Shown piece by piece: positions 37,810-50,200 of a DNA stretch of 64,000 nucleotides (the first letter of the stretch is position 1; every line of letters starts with the position of its first letter). The position numbers were made by a program, and so were the translations under genes. Origin of the DNA: an uncultured Ignavibacteriales bacterium (GTDB lineage Bacteria > Zixibacteria > MSB-5A5 > GN15 > FEB-12); contig CAYXJN010000008.1 of the NCBI GenBank assembly GCA_964464605.1, positions 1-64,000 on the forward strand. The letters run 5' to 3'. Under the pieces are notes generated by a model that saw nothing but the letters and a program-made list of their open reading frames with translations, did no database searches and had not been told where the DNA came from.

Positions 37810-40800
37810 ATGCGCATTCCTCGACTGTTTACTCGGGAAGGTGAGCCAGCATATAGCAGGATCAGTTTTGCTAAACGATCCTCAGAGATAAAGAACCCCG
37901 ACGGTTCGGTCGTATTCAAATTAGATGACATTCAAATTCCGGCTCACTGGTCTCAGGTAGCGGTAGATATTCTTGCGCAAAAGTACTTCCGCAAAACCGG
38001 CGTACCAAATGCCGAAACTGGTTCGACCAGCGCGGCCGGCAAAACCGGTGGTGAAACTGATGCCCGTCAGGTATTCGATCGCTTAGCCGGATGTTGGCGG
38101 CACTGGGGTGAAAAACATGGCTATTTCGATTCCCCGGCCGATGCCCAGACATTCTATGATGAACTCTGTTATATGTTGGCCGACCAGGTCGCGGCGCCGA
38201 ACTCGCCGCAATGGTTCAATACCGGTCTGCACCATGCCTATGGCATTACCGGTACAGCTCAGGGTCACTATTATGTAGACCCGACTTCGCACAATTTAAC
38301 GCAATCAAATAACGCCTACGAACACCCTCAGCCCCACGCCTGCTTCATTCAGTCAGTTTCCGATGACTTGGTCAATGACGGCGGGATCATGGATTTGTGG
38401 GTACGTGAGGCACGTCTGTTCAAGTACGGCTCCGGTACCGGAAGTAACTTCTCCCATCTGCGCGGCGCAAAAGAGCCGCTGTCGGGTGGCGGTAACTCAT
38501 CCGGGTTGATGTCATTCCTGCGGATCGGTGATCGCGCAGCAGGGGCAATCAAGTCCGGCGGTACGACCCGTCGTGCGGCCAAAATGGTCTGCCTTGATTT
38601 AGACCATCCGGATATCGAAGAATTTGTCGCCTGGAAAGTAACCGAAGAGCAGAAAGTAGCGGCAATGGTCGCCGGTTCCGGAATCATCCGCCAGCAGTTG
38701 GTCGGTATTTTCGACGCCGCCCGGATTTCCGGCAGCAACGGCAACTCGGTGTACGAAACGGATCCGGAAAAGAATCCGATACTCAAAGAAGCGCTCCGCA
38801 AAGCGAAGCGGCTTTCTGTCCCGATGGCGTACATGAAAAAGGTGCTTGAACTCGCTGATATGGGTATCGGCGAAATCGAATTCATCGCGCTTGATACCAA
38901 TTGGGAAGGTGAAGCATACATGACCGTTTCGGGTCAGAACTCGAACAATTCGGTTCGTATTCCGAACAGTTTCTTCGAATGTCTCAAAGATGGTAAAGAT
39001 TGGGAACTGATCCGCCGTACCGATGGCGCTGTTGCCAAAACGATTCCGGCGATTGAACTCTGGGAGAAAATCTGTTTTGCCGCCTGGGCCTGTGCTGATC
39101 CGGGTGTGCAGTTCGATACGACTATCAATGAATGGCATACCTGTCCGGCGGATGGAAGAATCAACGCTTCCAATCCCTGCTCGGAATATATGTTCCTTGA
39201 TGACACTGCCTGCAATCTGGCCTCTATCAATCTCGTAAAATTCCTGCGGGAGGATGGCAGCTTCGATGTCGAAGGGTATCGTCATGCCTGCCGCTTGTGG
39301 ACCATTGTTCTGGAAATTTCGGTACTGATGGCATCATACCCGTCCAAGCCGATTGCCCAGCGGAGTTTTGATTTCCGCACCCTCGGTCTTGGTTATGCAA
39401 ACCTCGGCACGATGCTGATGCGGATGGGAATCCCGTACGATTCCAATGAAGCATATGCCTGGTGCGCAGCGTTGACTTCGGTCATGACCGGTCAGGCCTA
39501 TTTAACTTCTGCTGAAATGGCCAAAGCGATGGGGCCGTTCGCACAGTTCTACCGTAACCGGGAAGCGATGCTCAAAGTTATTCGCAACCATCGCCGCGCG
39601 GCATACAATGCCGACCGCGCTGAATATGAAGGACTTACTGTCAAGCCGATGGGTCTGAATGCCCGCTACATTCCGGAGCAAGTTTCCAAAGCAGCCCGCG
39701 AAGTGTGGGATGCCGCAGTTGAAATGGGTGAGACCTACGGATATCGCAATGCTCAGACAACTGTTATCGCGCCGACTGGAACAATCGGGTTGGTGATGGA
39801 CTGTGATACCACCGGAATCGAACCGGATTTTGCCTTAGTTAAATTCAAAAAATTAGCCGGCGGCGGATATTTCAAGATTATCAATCAATCCGTGCCGATG
39901 GCGCTTAAGAACCTCGGCTATTCCGAAGCGGAAATTAAAGATATTATTTTGTATGCGACCGGTCATAAGACGATCAAAGGTTCGCCGTATATCAATCATG
40001 AATCACTGCGCGCAAAGGGTTTTGGGGATGAAGAACTGAATAAAGTAGAGAAAGCGCTGGAGAGTGCTTTTGATATCAGTTTTGTCTTTACCAAATACAC
40101 TTTGGGTGAGGAGTTTCTCAAGGAAACGCTTGGACTCGGCGACTCGTTGATCAATGATTGGCAGTTCAATCTGTTGAAAGAGCTTGGGTTCACCAAAGAG
40201 CAAATCGAAGCCGCCAACGAATTCGTCTGCGGAACCATGACCATAGAGGGAGCTCCTCATCTGAAAGAAAAGGATCTCCCGGTCTTCGATTGTGCCAATC
40301 GCTGCGGTAAGAAAGGTGTCCGTTTCATTCCGTATGAATCGCATATCAAGATGATGGCCTCGGCGCAGCCGTTTATTTCCGGCGCGATTTCAAAGACGAT
40401 CAATATGCCATCCGAAGCATCTATCGACGACGTGAAGAAAGCATATCGCTTAGCATGGGATACCATGAACAAAGCGATTGCGATTTATCGTGACGGTTCC
40501 AAGCTCAGCCAGCCGCTTAACGCTACCTGGCTTGCGGATGATGAAGAAGATGCGCAGATGACAGTCGCGAAAGCTGCTGAAAAGATGGCTGAGCGGGTTA
40601 TCTATCGCTATATCGCCAAGCGTCGCAAACTGCCGAATCGCCGCGGCGGATACACCCAGAAGGCAGTTGTCGGTGGACACAAAGTTTACCTGCGTACCGG
40701 TGAATATTCCGATGGCACCCTTGGGGAAATTTTCCTCGACATGCATCGTGAAGGAGCAGCGTTCCGGTCACTGATGAATAGCTTCGCTATTGCCGTATCG

Positions 40801-41469
40801 CTCGGCTTGCAGCATGGTGTACCGCTTGAAGAATTTGTCGAAGCATTTTTATTCAGCCGCTTTGAGCCGAATGGATTCGTGCAGGGTAACAAAGCGATCA
40901 AACGTTCGACCTCGATTATCGATTATATTTTCCGCGAACTTGCGATTACCTATTTGAGCCGCAATGATCTCGCGCATGTAACTGAAGAAGATCTGCGTGG
41001 TGATACGATTGGTATTCCCGCGGATGAATCGATTGAATTTGAAGATGAAGAACCGGGCGGACAAGGAACTTCCGGTTCACGCATAGCAGATGACATTCAC
41101 ACTTCACACTTGGCTGTTACGTATTCGCCCAATGGGACGGGTGAAGGCGGTAACGGATCAGGCGAGACAGGTTCACATTCAACGGCAAAGGGACTTTCCG
41201 GAGGACAGGGACATGACACACAGATGGAGTATTCGGTTGCAGCAGCGGGCGTTGGCACAGAAGAAACGGCTAATGAGCATGCCGTCGCGACCGCAAGTGG
41301 TAGTCGTACCGGCGGGAGAACCGTCGAACAGGTCCATTACCAAATCAGAGCCGCGCGGATGAAAGGGTACGAAGGAGATATGTGCGGTGAATGCGGACAG
41401 TTTACGATGGTTCGCAACGGCACATGTTTGAAATGCGTTACCTGCGGCGCTACCAGTGGATGTAGTTGA
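37810..41469 (+). CDS. nrdJ: Class II (adenosylcobalamin-dependent) ribonucleotide reductase
   Basis: [41 protein letters not shown]-type domain, C-terminal CxxC...CxxC; GGAGG before ATG 37810. Confidence 0.96.
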   Translation: MRIPRLFTREGEPAYSRISFAKRSSEIKNPDGSVVFKLDDIQIPAHWSQVAVDILAQKYFRKTGVPNAETGSTSAAGKTGGETDARQVFDRLAGCWRHWGEKHGYFDSPADAQTFYDELCYMLADQVAAPNSPQWFNTGLHHAYGITGTAQGHYYVDPTSHNLTQSNNAYEHPQPHACFIQSVSDDLVNDGGIMDLWVREARLFKYGSGTGSNFSHLRGAKEPLSGGGNSSGLMSFLRIGDRAAGAIKSGGTTRRAAKMVCLDLDHPDIEEFVAWKVTEEQKVAAMVAGSGIIRQQLVGIFDAARISGSNGNSVYETDPEKNPILKEALRKAKRLSVPMAYMKKVLELADMGIGEIEFIALDTNWEGEAYMTVSGQNSNNSVRIPNSFFECLKDGKDWELIRRTDGAVAKTIPAIELWEKICFAAWACADPGVQFDTTINEWHTCPADGRINASNPCSEYMFLDDTACNLASINLVKFLREDGSFDVEGYRHACRLWTIVLEISVLMASYPSKPIAQRSFDFRTLGLGYANLGTMLMRMGIPYDSNEAYAWCAALTSVMTGQAYLTSAEMAKAMGPFAQFYRNREAMLKVIRNHRRAAYNADRAEYEGLTVKPMGLNARYIPEQVSKAAREVWDAAVEMGETYGYRNAQTTVIAPTGTIGLVMDCDTTGIEPDFALVKFKKLAGGGYFKIINQSVPMALKNLGYSEAEIKDIILYATGHKTIKGSPYINHESLRAKGFGDEELNKVEKALESAFDISFVFTKYTLGEEFLKETLGLGDSLINDWQFNLLKELGFTKEQIEAANEFVCGTMTIEGAPHLKEKDLPVFDCANRCGKKGVRFIPYESHIKMMASAQPFISGAISKTINMPSEASIDDVKKAYRLAWDTMNKAIAIYRDGSKLSQPLNATWLADDEEDAQMTVAKAAEKMAERVIYRYIAKRRKLPNRRGGYTQKAVVGGHKVYLRTGEYSDGTLGEIFLDMHREGAAFRSLMNSFAIAVSLGLQHGVPLEEFVEAFLFSRFEPNGFVQGNKAIKRSTSIIDYIFRELAITYLSRNDLAHVTEEDLRGDTIGIPADESIEFEDEEPGGQGTSGSRIADDIHTSHLAVTYSPNGTGEGGNGSGETGSHSTAKGLSGGQGHDTQMEYSVAAAGVGTEETANEHAVATASGSRTGGRTVEQVHYQIRAARMKGYEGDMCGECGQFTMVRNGTCLKCVTCGATSGCS

Positions 41470-41548
41470 TTAGTATTTGATAAGAAAATTAGCTGTTGAA
41501 TTGAGTTAACCCTAACGGAAGGGAACTCGCGACAGGATGTCTTGCGAG

Positions 41549-41582
41549 CGGCTGAGTCGAAAGGCTCAGCCGTCTTTATTTT
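41549..41582 (+). terminator. Intrinsic terminator after nrdJ
   Basis: CGGCTGAGTC-GAAA-GGCTCAGCCG followed by TCTTTATTTT. Confidence 0.7.
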
Positions 41583-42211
41583 GTGCGTAAGGTCATTCGC
41601 ATTATCGGTCGAATGGAAGAACGTCGGGCGGCTTCTTTGAATCCGGCTTTTACGAATGCCGAAGCGATTCCGGTCCAGATAAACGGTGGTGGTTGTTTGG
41701 TGTCGTAATCAAACGGATACGCTTCCACGATTTTCGCACCCTGCTTGTTGGCAAACTCTGCGGCAGCTTGAATCAGTTTAGTCGACAACCCTTGGTTGCG
41801 ATATTTAGAAAGTATGAATAAGCAACTAATCGACCAGACGGGTTGATCATCGATTGGTTCGTAGATGCGTGATGTTTCAAGTCGTACAAACTGTTCACGC
41901 GGCGCAACCGAACACCAGGCGATAGGGGATTTGCCGTCGTAGGCTAACACTCCAGTTGGCGCACCGGATGTTACCAGTTTCTTGAAATCTTTTTTATTAG
42001 CTGCCTTGGTGGTTGTGTATTGCGCGTTGGTTTTCCGCCAAACCATACACCAGCATCCACCGCATGCACCCCGTTCACCGAAGAGTGTTTCAACATCATT
42101 CCATTTATCCGACGTAGCGGGTTGGAAAGTAATTTTCGGTGATGATGTTGCTTTTGGCGTTACAGTTTTTTTAGCTGTTTTCCTGACTGCTTTTTTTGTG
42201 ACTTTTTTCAT
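41576..42211 (-). CDS. GNAT N-acetyltransferase
   Basis: GCWC, WSISCLFI...RNQGLS, VEAYP, F.KAGF. Confidence 0.88.
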   Translation of the reverse strand: MKKVTKKAVRKTAKKTVTPKATSSPKITFQPATSDKWNDVETLFGERGACGGCWCMVWRKTNAQYTTTKAANKKDFKKLVTSGAPTGVLAYDGKSPIAWCSVAPREQFVRLETSRIYEPIDDQPVWSISCLFILSKYRNQGLSTKLIQAAAEFANKQGAKIVEAYPFDYDTKQPPPFIWTGIASAFVKAGFKEAARRSSIRPIMRMTLRTK

Positions 42212-42213
42212 GC

Positions 42214-42747
42214 TTATTTCCCCGGGATAATAATATTCTTTGTAAAATCAACTTCAACACTGCCGAGATCAATTGAAGTCGTATCGCCAATTAATACCGA
42301 TCCTAAGTTTATTTTTGCGATTGTTGGAGAATCAAAGGGAAGTTTTCCATAGTTAATGGAGAGCGTTACAACTCTTCCTGTTGAAAGCGGTACGGTTGGA
42401 TTCGTTTTAAGGTTTATATTATCAAGATAGCAAGCTTTGGGATGGATTGCGAAACCATCGACTTCAGCTGAGACAGACTCCCAATTGTACGTTACCTGAC
42501 AGTCTGCGCGAAAAAAATCGAGACCGATTGCAATTCCTAACGAGTTGCGCTTACTACTGCCCGCATCGATATGCACATTGAAGCCATTAGCAGTGAAACT
42601 GCACCGCTGTTCGTCTGATTGTCTATTCTTACAGTTTTCTCCTATAACTGTATATCTTATATAACCAGTATTAAGAAATGGCGGCGGACAACCAAGAAGT
42701 AAAATAGCGAATGAGATTAATAATTCTATACGATAAGCAAGAATCAT
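42214..42747 (-). CDS. Hypothetical lipoprotein, AT-rich
   Basis: Lipobox LLGC; tightly fitted between amrS and the GNAT gene. Confidence 0.6.
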   Translation of the reverse strand: MILAYRIELLISFAILLLGCPPPFLNTGYIRYTVIGENCKNRQSDEQRCSFTANGFNVHIDAGSSKRNSLGIAIGLDFFRADCQVTYNWESVSAEVDGFAIHPKACYLDNINLKTNPTVPLSTGRVVTLSINYGKLPFDSPTIAKINLGSVLIGDTTSIDLGSVEVDFTKNIIIPGK

Positions 42748-43850
42748 CTAAACTCCGCTAATCGCACCGGCATACGTTTCGCTCCCCAATTACCGGGTGC
42801 ACTATCGAAAACACCATCACATTCTGTGCCACAGTACCTGCAACGATGCTGCTCATCAAGATGCCATTCAGTTATTACATACCAATCCCGTCCGATGATT
42901 TTCTTATGGCAGTTGTGGCAATAGGTGCTGGCGCCTGCTTCATTGTGGACATTGCCTGTGTATGCATACCGGATTCCATTCTTAATCGCAATCTCTCTCG
43001 CACGTATCAAAGTTTCCGGTGGAGTAGGAGGGACATCCATCATTTTCCAATCGGGATGAAAGGCGGTAAAATGCACCGGAACATCCGGACCGAGTTCGGT
43101 GACAACCCATTGTGTCATTTCCTCTAATTCTTTTTCGGAATCGTTATGGCCGGGAATAATCAGATTCGTAATTTCAAACCACACACGCGTCGACCGTTTT
43201 AAATAAACGAGGGTATCAAGCACCGGTTGCAAATGCCCACCGCAAATTTTGGCGTAAAACTCTTCGGTGAATCCTTTCAGATCGACATTGGCCGCATCCA
43301 TATGGTTGTAAAACTCAACCCGCGGTTCTTCGCAAATTTCTCCGGCGGTCACGGCAACCGTTTTGATACCGAGTTCATGACAGGCCTGCGCGACTTCGAC
43401 TGCATACTCCAAAAAGATAACCGGATCGTTATAGGTGAATGCGACTGACTGGCAGTTCAAGCGTTTGGCAGCTTTGGCGATAGTTTCGGGGGAGGCTTCG
43501 TCGGTGAGGGTGTCGATCTCCTGCGATTTGCTTATGTCCCAGTTTTGGCAGAATTTGCAGGCGAGGTTACACCCGGCAGTCCCGAAAGAAAGAATCGGAC
43601 TTCCCGGCAGAAAATGGTTAAGCGGTTTCTTTTCAATCGGATCGACGCAAAACCCGGATGAACGGCCATAGGTGGTAAGGACAATCTGGTCGTTCAGACG
43701 GCCTCGGACAAAGCAGAGACCGCGCTGTCCCTCTGACAGACGGCAAAAGCGGGGGCAGAGATCGCATTGCAGCTTTCCGCTTTCCAGCTTATGCCAGTAA
43801 CGCCCGGGTATGGTGTACCGGTCTTTGACTATGGGAGAAATAACGGCCAT
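42744..43850 (-). CDS. amrS: AmmeMemoRadiSam system radical SAM enzyme
   Basis: CDLCPRFC...GLC, DPIEKKPL, GCNLACKFCQNW, FTYNDP, YTGNV. Confidence 0.9.
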   Translation of the reverse strand: MAVISPIVKDRYTIPGRYWHKLESGKLQCDLCPRFCRLSEGQRGLCFVRGRLNDQIVLTTYGRSSGFCVDPIEKKPLNHFLPGSPILSFGTAGCNLACKFCQNWDISKSQEIDTLTDEASPETIAKAAKRLNCQSVAFTYNDPVIFLEYAVEVAQACHELGIKTVAVTAGEICEEPRVEFYNHMDAANVDLKGFTEEFYAKICGGHLQPVLDTLVYLKRSTRVWFEITNLIIPGHNDSEKELEEMTQWVVTELGPDVPVHFTAFHPDWKMMDVPPTPPETLIRAREIAIKNGIRYAYTGNVHNEAGASTYCHNCHKKIIGRDWYVITEWHLDEQHRCRYCGTECDGVFDSAPGNWGAKRMPVRLAEFR

Positions 43851-43984
43851 TGCTAATGTATCTACCTCGACATAATATACCGGCCAGCCGTCTGTAAACT
43901 CGAATATATTTTGCAGCAACCGACAGGCGATCTGTTCGTACAACAAGGATATATGGTAGACCGTTTTACTTTATAAGGAGTTAT

Positions 43985-46096
43985 ATGCGATTCGTCCGTT
44001 TGAAATCAGTGCTCAATCTGCTTGCGGTTTTGGCGTTTGCCGTATCATTGCAGGCAGCCACCCCGCCGGTAGCGAAAATGGTGCCGCATGTCGATACCGT
44101 ACTCGGCCATGTGCGCCAAGACAACTATTTCTGGATTCGGGAAAAAACCAATCCGGAAGTTATCTCATATCTGGAAGCGGAAAATGCCTACACCGACACG
44201 ATGATGGCATCCACCAAAGGGCTTCAGGATTCATTGTTCAAAGAAATTGTCGCACGTATTAAAGAAACTGATTTAACCGTTCCGGAAAAGCATGACGATT
44301 TTTATTACTACTCCCGCACCGAAAAAGGGAAGCAGTATTCAATCTATTGCCGAAAAAAAGGAAACTTGGAAAGTCCGGAGCGGGTCATTCTTGATGTGAA
44401 TGAACTGGCTAAAGGGCATGAGTTTTACAGTTTGGGTGCGATGGAAATAAGCCCGAATCATGTCTTAATGGGGTTGGCGTACGATACCAACGGTTCGGAA
44501 ATTTATACCATTGTTGTTCGAGATATTGAAACCGGTAAAGAAAGTGTTGAGCGAATCGGCAACTCGGCCGGATCAATTCAATGGGCGAATGACAACCAGA
44601 CGATTTTTTACACCACGCTCGATGATATTATGCGTCCGTACCGGCTCTATCGCCACACAATCGGGGAAGACCCATCGAAAGACGTGCTTATCTATGAGGA
44701 GCCGGATGATGCGTACTACATGGACCTCGGCAAATCGAACGATGAAAAGTATCTGATTTTGACTTTGGGCAGCACGGTGACCACCGAAGTTCGGTATCTG
44801 GATGCCAGCACGCCGATGGGGGAATGGAAAGTTGTTACCCCGCGCGAGCATGAGATGGAGTATTATGTCGAGCACCATGACAATCGTTTCTTAATCGTTA
44901 CCAATGACAAGGCTAAAAACTTCCGGTTGGTTGAAGCGCCGGAAACAAATCCATCCAAAGCAAACTGGAAAGAACTGATCGGCAATCGTGATTCGGTCAA
45001 GCTCGATGATATCGATGTATTCAAAGATTACATGGCTATCTACGAACGGGAAAAAGGATTACGAACGATTCGCATTCAAAACTTTGCGTCTGGTGAAATA
45101 CATCCGATCAAATTTCCGGAACCGGTCTATTCCTACACAAAAGGGAGTAACGCGGATTATAATACTTCAACCGTTCGTTTTACTTACTCCTCGCTCGTGA
45201 CTCCCCGCTCGGTGTTCGATTACGATATGGGCACGCGGGAGCTGACTTTGCAAAAGCAGCAGGAAGTGTTGGGCGGGTATAATCCGGATGATTATGAATG
45301 TAAGCAGTTGTTCGCGACAGCAAAAGATGGCGTACGGATTCCGATTTCACTCGTCTATAAAAAAGGAACAGTGTTAAACGGTGAAAATCCGACCTTTCTG
45401 TATGCCTATGGCGCATACGGCAGTCCGACCGAACCGGGATTCGGCACAACCCGTTTGTCGCTGATTAATCGTGGATTTGTGTATGCGATCGCCCATGTGC
45501 GCGGAGGCGGTGAAATGGGACGGCATTGGTACGAAGATGGTAAACTGCTCAATAAGAAAAATACCTTCACGGATTTTATCGCCTGCGCCGAACATCTGGT
45601 TGCGGAAAAATATACCAACCCGAAAAAACTTGCGATTCTGGGCGGTAGCGCTGGTGGGTTAACGATGGGTGCGGTTACCAATATGCGGCCTGATCTGTTT
45701 CAGGCAGTTGTGTATTCTGTACCGTTCGTTGATGTGATGAACACGATGCTCGACCCGACCATTCCGCTCACCGTAATCGAATACGAAGAGTGGGGAAATC
45801 CGGCGGAAGCAAAATACTACGACTATATGCAGAGCTATTCGCCGTACGATAATATCAAACCGGTGGTTTACCCGAATATCTTAGTTGAAGGCGGTCTCAA
45901 TGATCCACGGGTCGGCTATTGGGAGCCGACTAAGTTGGTAGCGAAGATGCGGACGATGAAAACCGGTGACAATATGCTCATATTGAAAACCAACATGGGG
46001 CATGGACATATGGGTTCATCAGGTCGTTATGATCAATATAAAGATGTTGCATTTGAATATGCCTTTATTCTGAAAGCGTTGGGGATGGTGCAGTAA
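43985..46096 (+). CDS. ptrB: Oligopeptidase B (S9A) with signal peptide
   Basis: DNYFW, YGAYG, HVRGGGE, GGSAGG, NDPRV, GHMG. Confidence 0.93.
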   Translation: MRFVRLKSVLNLLAVLAFAVSLQAATPPVAKMVPHVDTVLGHVRQDNYFWIREKTNPEVISYLEAENAYTDTMMASTKGLQDSLFKEIVARIKETDLTVPEKHDDFYYYSRTEKGKQYSIYCRKKGNLESPERVILDVNELAKGHEFYSLGAMEISPNHVLMGLAYDTNGSEIYTIVVRDIETGKESVERIGNSAGSIQWANDNQTIFYTTLDDIMRPYRLYRHTIGEDPSKDVLIYEEPDDAYYMDLGKSNDEKYLILTLGSTVTTEVRYLDASTPMGEWKVVTPREHEMEYYVEHHDNRFLIVTNDKAKNFRLVEAPETNPSKANWKELIGNRDSVKLDDIDVFKDYMAIYEREKGLRTIRIQNFASGEIHPIKFPEPVYSYTKGSNADYNTSTVRFTYSSLVTPRSVFDYDMGTRELTLQKQQEVLGGYNPDDYECKQLFATAKDGVRIPISLVYKKGTVLNGENPTFLYAYGAYGSPTEPGFGTTRLSLINRGFVYAIAHVRGGGEMGRHWYEDGKLLNKKNTFTDFIACAEHLVAEKYTNPKKLAILGGSAGGLTMGAVTNMRPDLFQAVVYSVPFVDVMNTMLDPTIPLTVIEYEEWGNPAEAKYYDYMQSYSPYDNIKPVVYPNILVEGGLNDPRVGYWEPTKLVAKMRTMKTGDNMLILKTNMGHGHMGSSGRYDQYKDVAFEYAFILKALGMVQ

Positions 46097-46128
46097 AGAA
46101 CAGCGAGATTGCGCTAAGAGTATAGGAT

Positions 46129-46150
46129 CACACCCTAAAGGGTGTGCCAC
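46129..46150 (-). repeat. REP-like palindrome, single copy in the window
   Basis: GTGG + CACACCCT-TT-AGGGTGTG on the minus strand, between convergent genes. Confidence 0.35.
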
Positions 46151-46174
46151 CCAGGAAAATAGAAGCCGCCGGTG

Positions 46175-47185
46175 CTACGCCGACGGCTTTTCTCTTTCAA
46201 ACGGGTGTTCGTACACAAAATCCGGGGTGTAATTGTCGGGAGCATCAAGTTCCTGCACCCAACCGCGATAGAAACCAAGATTTTCAAATTCTTCAACTAC
46301 TTCAGCGTATTCTTCAGGATGCAAGTAGCGTCCAAGGGTGGGGGATTTTGCAACACGGTAGGTCGGGCGATACTGCGCCATCAGTGAAACATGCACAGAG
46401 GGGCTTAGTTCATTCGCGATCCATCTGAGCACCGCTTTGCTGTTTTCAATCTGACCGGGCATAACTAAGTGACGGATAATTAATCCGGATTCGATTAGAC
46501 CGTCATCATCAAGCCGGATATTGCTCCCTTTTTGGTAGAACATCTCTTTAATAGCGGCGCAGGCAATTTCGGGATAGTTGGGTGTGTCGGAATATTTGCG
46601 ACAGAGTGCTTCATCCATGTATTTTAAATCAGGAAGATACACCTGCATCTCGCCGTCGAACGCTTTAATTGTTTCTACTTTGTCGTAGCTGCTGGTGTTG
46701 AATACATACACCGGGTTCCGTCCGAGCGCTTTCAACGCTTTCATTATGACTTGCACCTGCGGAATAAAATGCGACGGTGACACAAACCCGACGCTCTTGC
46801 AGCCCGTGTCAAGGATGGTCTCGATTTTTGCGATAACATCCCGCAGTTCCATACGATGCTCAACGACATTCTCGGTGTTGTGGCTTATCTGCCAGTTTTG
46901 GCAATACACACACTGCATGTTGCAATGGGTGAAAAAGATATTACAGATACCATGCGTTCCGGTAATAACCGGCTCTTCGCCACGATGCGCGCAGATTGAC
47001 CCGATAGAAAAGCCCATCCCACTTTTACAATAGCCGAGTTTTTTGGATGACCGGTCGGCGCTACAGTTGCGCGGACAACAGGTGCAGTTCAAAAGCTGGT
47101 TTAAAGGGGAGAGAACATCGGCAAGGAGGGCCTCATCCGACCAAAGCGTGTGCGTTGGCCGGATGTTTGTCTGAATCGGTTCCAT
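46175..47185 (-). CDS. Radical SAM protein, PflX-like
   Basis: CTCCPRNC, HRGEEP, CNMQCVYCQN, YLPDLKY, RHLVMP. Confidence 0.88.
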   Translation of the reverse strand: MEPIQTNIRPTHTLWSDEALLADVLSPLNQLLNCTCCPRNCSADRSSKKLGYCKSGMGFSIGSICAHRGEEPVITGTHGICNIFFTHCNMQCVYCQNWQISHNTENVVEHRMELRDVIAKIETILDTGCKSVGFVSPSHFIPQVQVIMKALKALGRNPVYVFNTSSYDKVETIKAFDGEMQVYLPDLKYMDEALCRKYSDTPNYPEIACAAIKEMFYQKGSNIRLDDDGLIESGLIIRHLVMPGQIENSKAVLRWIANELSPSVHVSLMAQYRPTYRVAKSPTLGRYLHPEEYAEVVEEFENLGFYRGWVQELDAPDNYTPDFVYEHPFEREKPSA

Positions 47186-47209
47186 GCCCCAATGTAGGGA
47201 TTTTTTCGT

Positions 47210-50200
47210 CTACGGACAAGTCGGGAACTCTCCGTTATTGAATAAGTAAGCTACGAGATAGCTTACGTCAGCTGTTGTAATGATACCGATACCGTTTACA
47301 TTTCCAGAATTATAGTATACTGGCGCTGGACCGCCGTTATACAGATATTGTACTAAGTAGACCACATCTTGGATAGATGGGTTGGTAGACTGATTTTTTG
47401 CGTCGCCGCATACTGACCAAAATGAGTGAACCGCGGACCATTCGCTCAACATGGTATCGGCGGGATTGCTGGTAAAATGGTTGCGCGCTCGTACTTTCCA
47501 GTACCAATTTTTGACTCTGAACAAGTTAGTAGCGGCCAACGAAGATACCGACAGATTTGTAGAATCTATTAACGGAGAGCCAAAAGCAGGGTCGTCATCT
47601 ACTAACAGTTTATACCGTACTGCATAGTTTCCCGGAATGTCATTCCAGTCGAAGGCCGGGCTGTTTTCAGTCTGAATGCTGGCATTGGCAGGTGCGCTAA
47701 GCGTTATGGCAGGCGTACAGCCGATTCCTTTGGCTCCTATCGGAAGGCCGACACAAGCGCCGGGTACTAAACTTGGCCCACACGGAGAATCCCAGCGCAG
47801 CGAATAATCACCCGTCGCATAATTGCAATATATGGGATTTTGTGCAATCAGTGTCCCACTTGGAATTGTAGGATTGAATGTACTACCGGAAGCAATATTG
47901 GAAGTATTCTGATAAAAATTGGAACAACTCAAAGTAATACTAGCGCTGCTGCTTGCCTTAATCGCACCGCCGAGGTTGTTGGTGATATTTAACCGGTTTA
48001 GTGTAACAATAGCATTTGCGCCGGTTGCATCAACTACCGAGCCGTTGTTGGTGCTTGAATTTTTGACGAAGGTATTTGCGAAAATATTTGCTTTTCCTTC
48101 AACACGAATCGCTCCACCGCCATTAACAGCAAGATTTGAATCAAAAACACAGCTATCGATTTGGACATCAATACTACTCATAGTATCAACGAATATAGCG
48201 CCGCCAACACCCGTACCGGATGCCGAATTACCCTTGAATGTACAATTTGAAATTCTTGCGTGGGAATGCCTTCCGAAATAAATAGCCCCACCTTTTTGCG
48301 ACGTATTGTTCCCTAAAAAACTACATGCCTTCAAGCTGGGATTGTATGTCTGAAAATCGCTCGCAAAATAACACGCACCTCCATTAGGAGCAGTGCAGTT
48401 CGTGAAAATGCAACTGTCTATGGTTGGCGAGCCGGAGCCAAAGTAAATGCCGCCGCCATACTGCGGATCATTTCCATTTTGAATGGTTATTCCAACTAAC
48501 TTGCAATCAGGCGTTTCGAAATTATCAAACTGAAAAGCTCTTCCAGAACCTTGGCAATCGATAATAGTAGATGCCGCACCACCCGATGATCGGATAATGA
48601 GTTTCTTGCCGTTTACATCTAGATTTTTATTTCCACTACCTGTGTACGTTCCCGGTGCGATCACAATAGTATCATTGTCACGCGCAAAATCCAAGGCAGC
48701 TTGCAGTGAAGCGAATTGAGAAGGAACGGGAAGAATATTAGGAATATTAGGTACAACAACTGTTACTTGTAAATCCACATCTGGTGCACTTTGACAATTG
48801 CCGTCTGGGCAGGGAAGCCATATCGACTGACCATTGATGTTAGTTATTTTATATGCAACTGTTTCTACCCAGCAACCAGTTGAAGTCAAGGTACCATTCA
48901 CTATTCTAGCCCATGGGAACTGATCGTTTGCATTGGCAAAGGAGTAACCGTCAATGTCTCGAGGCCGTAAAATAACTGTCGGTGGTTGTGTTAAATTGTA
49001 TTGTGAAAAATCGAAGTAACGCTTTGCACTATACGTCTGCGTGAAGTATGTGCCGGCTGCAATCCCATGAAGTAATTCTTGACGGTAAAAACTATGCTGA
49101 TGAGTACCTTGTGTTTGAGTAAGAGTAGTGTATGGTCCACTCATGCGAATAAAATTGTGTTTTCTGACATAATTTACTGCTGAGTCCGCAGATACAATTC
49201 CCCAGCCATAAACATCGTCATATCCACTTGCACCGCGATCACGCGCAGTTAGTTGTACAACAGCTTCAATTTCATCTGCTAAAAGTGACGGTTCAGCCGC
49301 TTTTAGAAGAGAAATAATTCCAGTAACCATTGCTGTTGAAGCCGAAGTACCATACTCTATAGTATATCCTCCATTATGACTAATCATAGCAATAAAGTCC
49401 CCAGGCGCAGTAACCTGTATTCCATGGCCTTGATTTGAAAAAGGCTCAATACTTCCAGTTATCGTGTTATTTGCTCCAACGGAAAAAACAGATTTAAAAG
49501 CTGCGGGATAAGTGGCTGCAGAACTAGCATCATTTCCAGTGGAAGCTACTAAAACATGATCCGATAACCATGCATATCCACACGCAGAAGCTTGATCAGA
49601 TGCGGCATTCCAATTTCTAAAACTCATATTAATCGGATTAGCTTGTTCTTCAGTGCATCCCCATATTGCAATAGGAATGTTATTGCTACTGAGGGTGTAA
49701 AGTTTTGCTCTCCAGTTTATTCCTGCTACTCCAATATAGTTATTGGTATTAGCCACCATAATACCAGCCATTCTAGTACCGTGACCAACGTTGTCAGTTT
49801 GCAGTCCTCCTGCAATACGTCCCGCAAGATCCGGATGCGATCCTTGGACACCCGTATCAATTAACCCAATTTTTTGATTTGCTTTACCCCGCGTCTTTTC
49901 CCATGCAACCGATACTCCGGTGGCACCTTGTGTAGAATCAGTTCGCCAATTGCGCAAATAGCCTTGTGTAGGGTTGTAAAAAATAGTGTCAGTCGGAAAA
50001 ATTTCAGTCATTTCTGTTATAGGAACTGGCGAAGTAAAAGCTGCACCATCTATAGCCATATATCCCGAATCAAATGCTGCCCAATCAATTTCTGACGAGA
50101 AATACACGCGATAAATTAGAGAAAGATTATTCAGTTTGACCACTTTTCCACTGGGACGTGTGAATATAGTATCGACGGGATTGAAATCTGGGAATACTTT

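Noticed and set aside
38349..39285. Long antisense ORFs (190 and 228 aa) and similar shadow ORFs in the track
   Set aside because: They overlap well-supported genes and lack motifs; expected shadow frames
37810..41469. Intein or intron in the long RNR gene
   Set aside because: No splice-junction or LAGLIDADG motifs; length fits the long NrdJ type plus a Gly-rich linker
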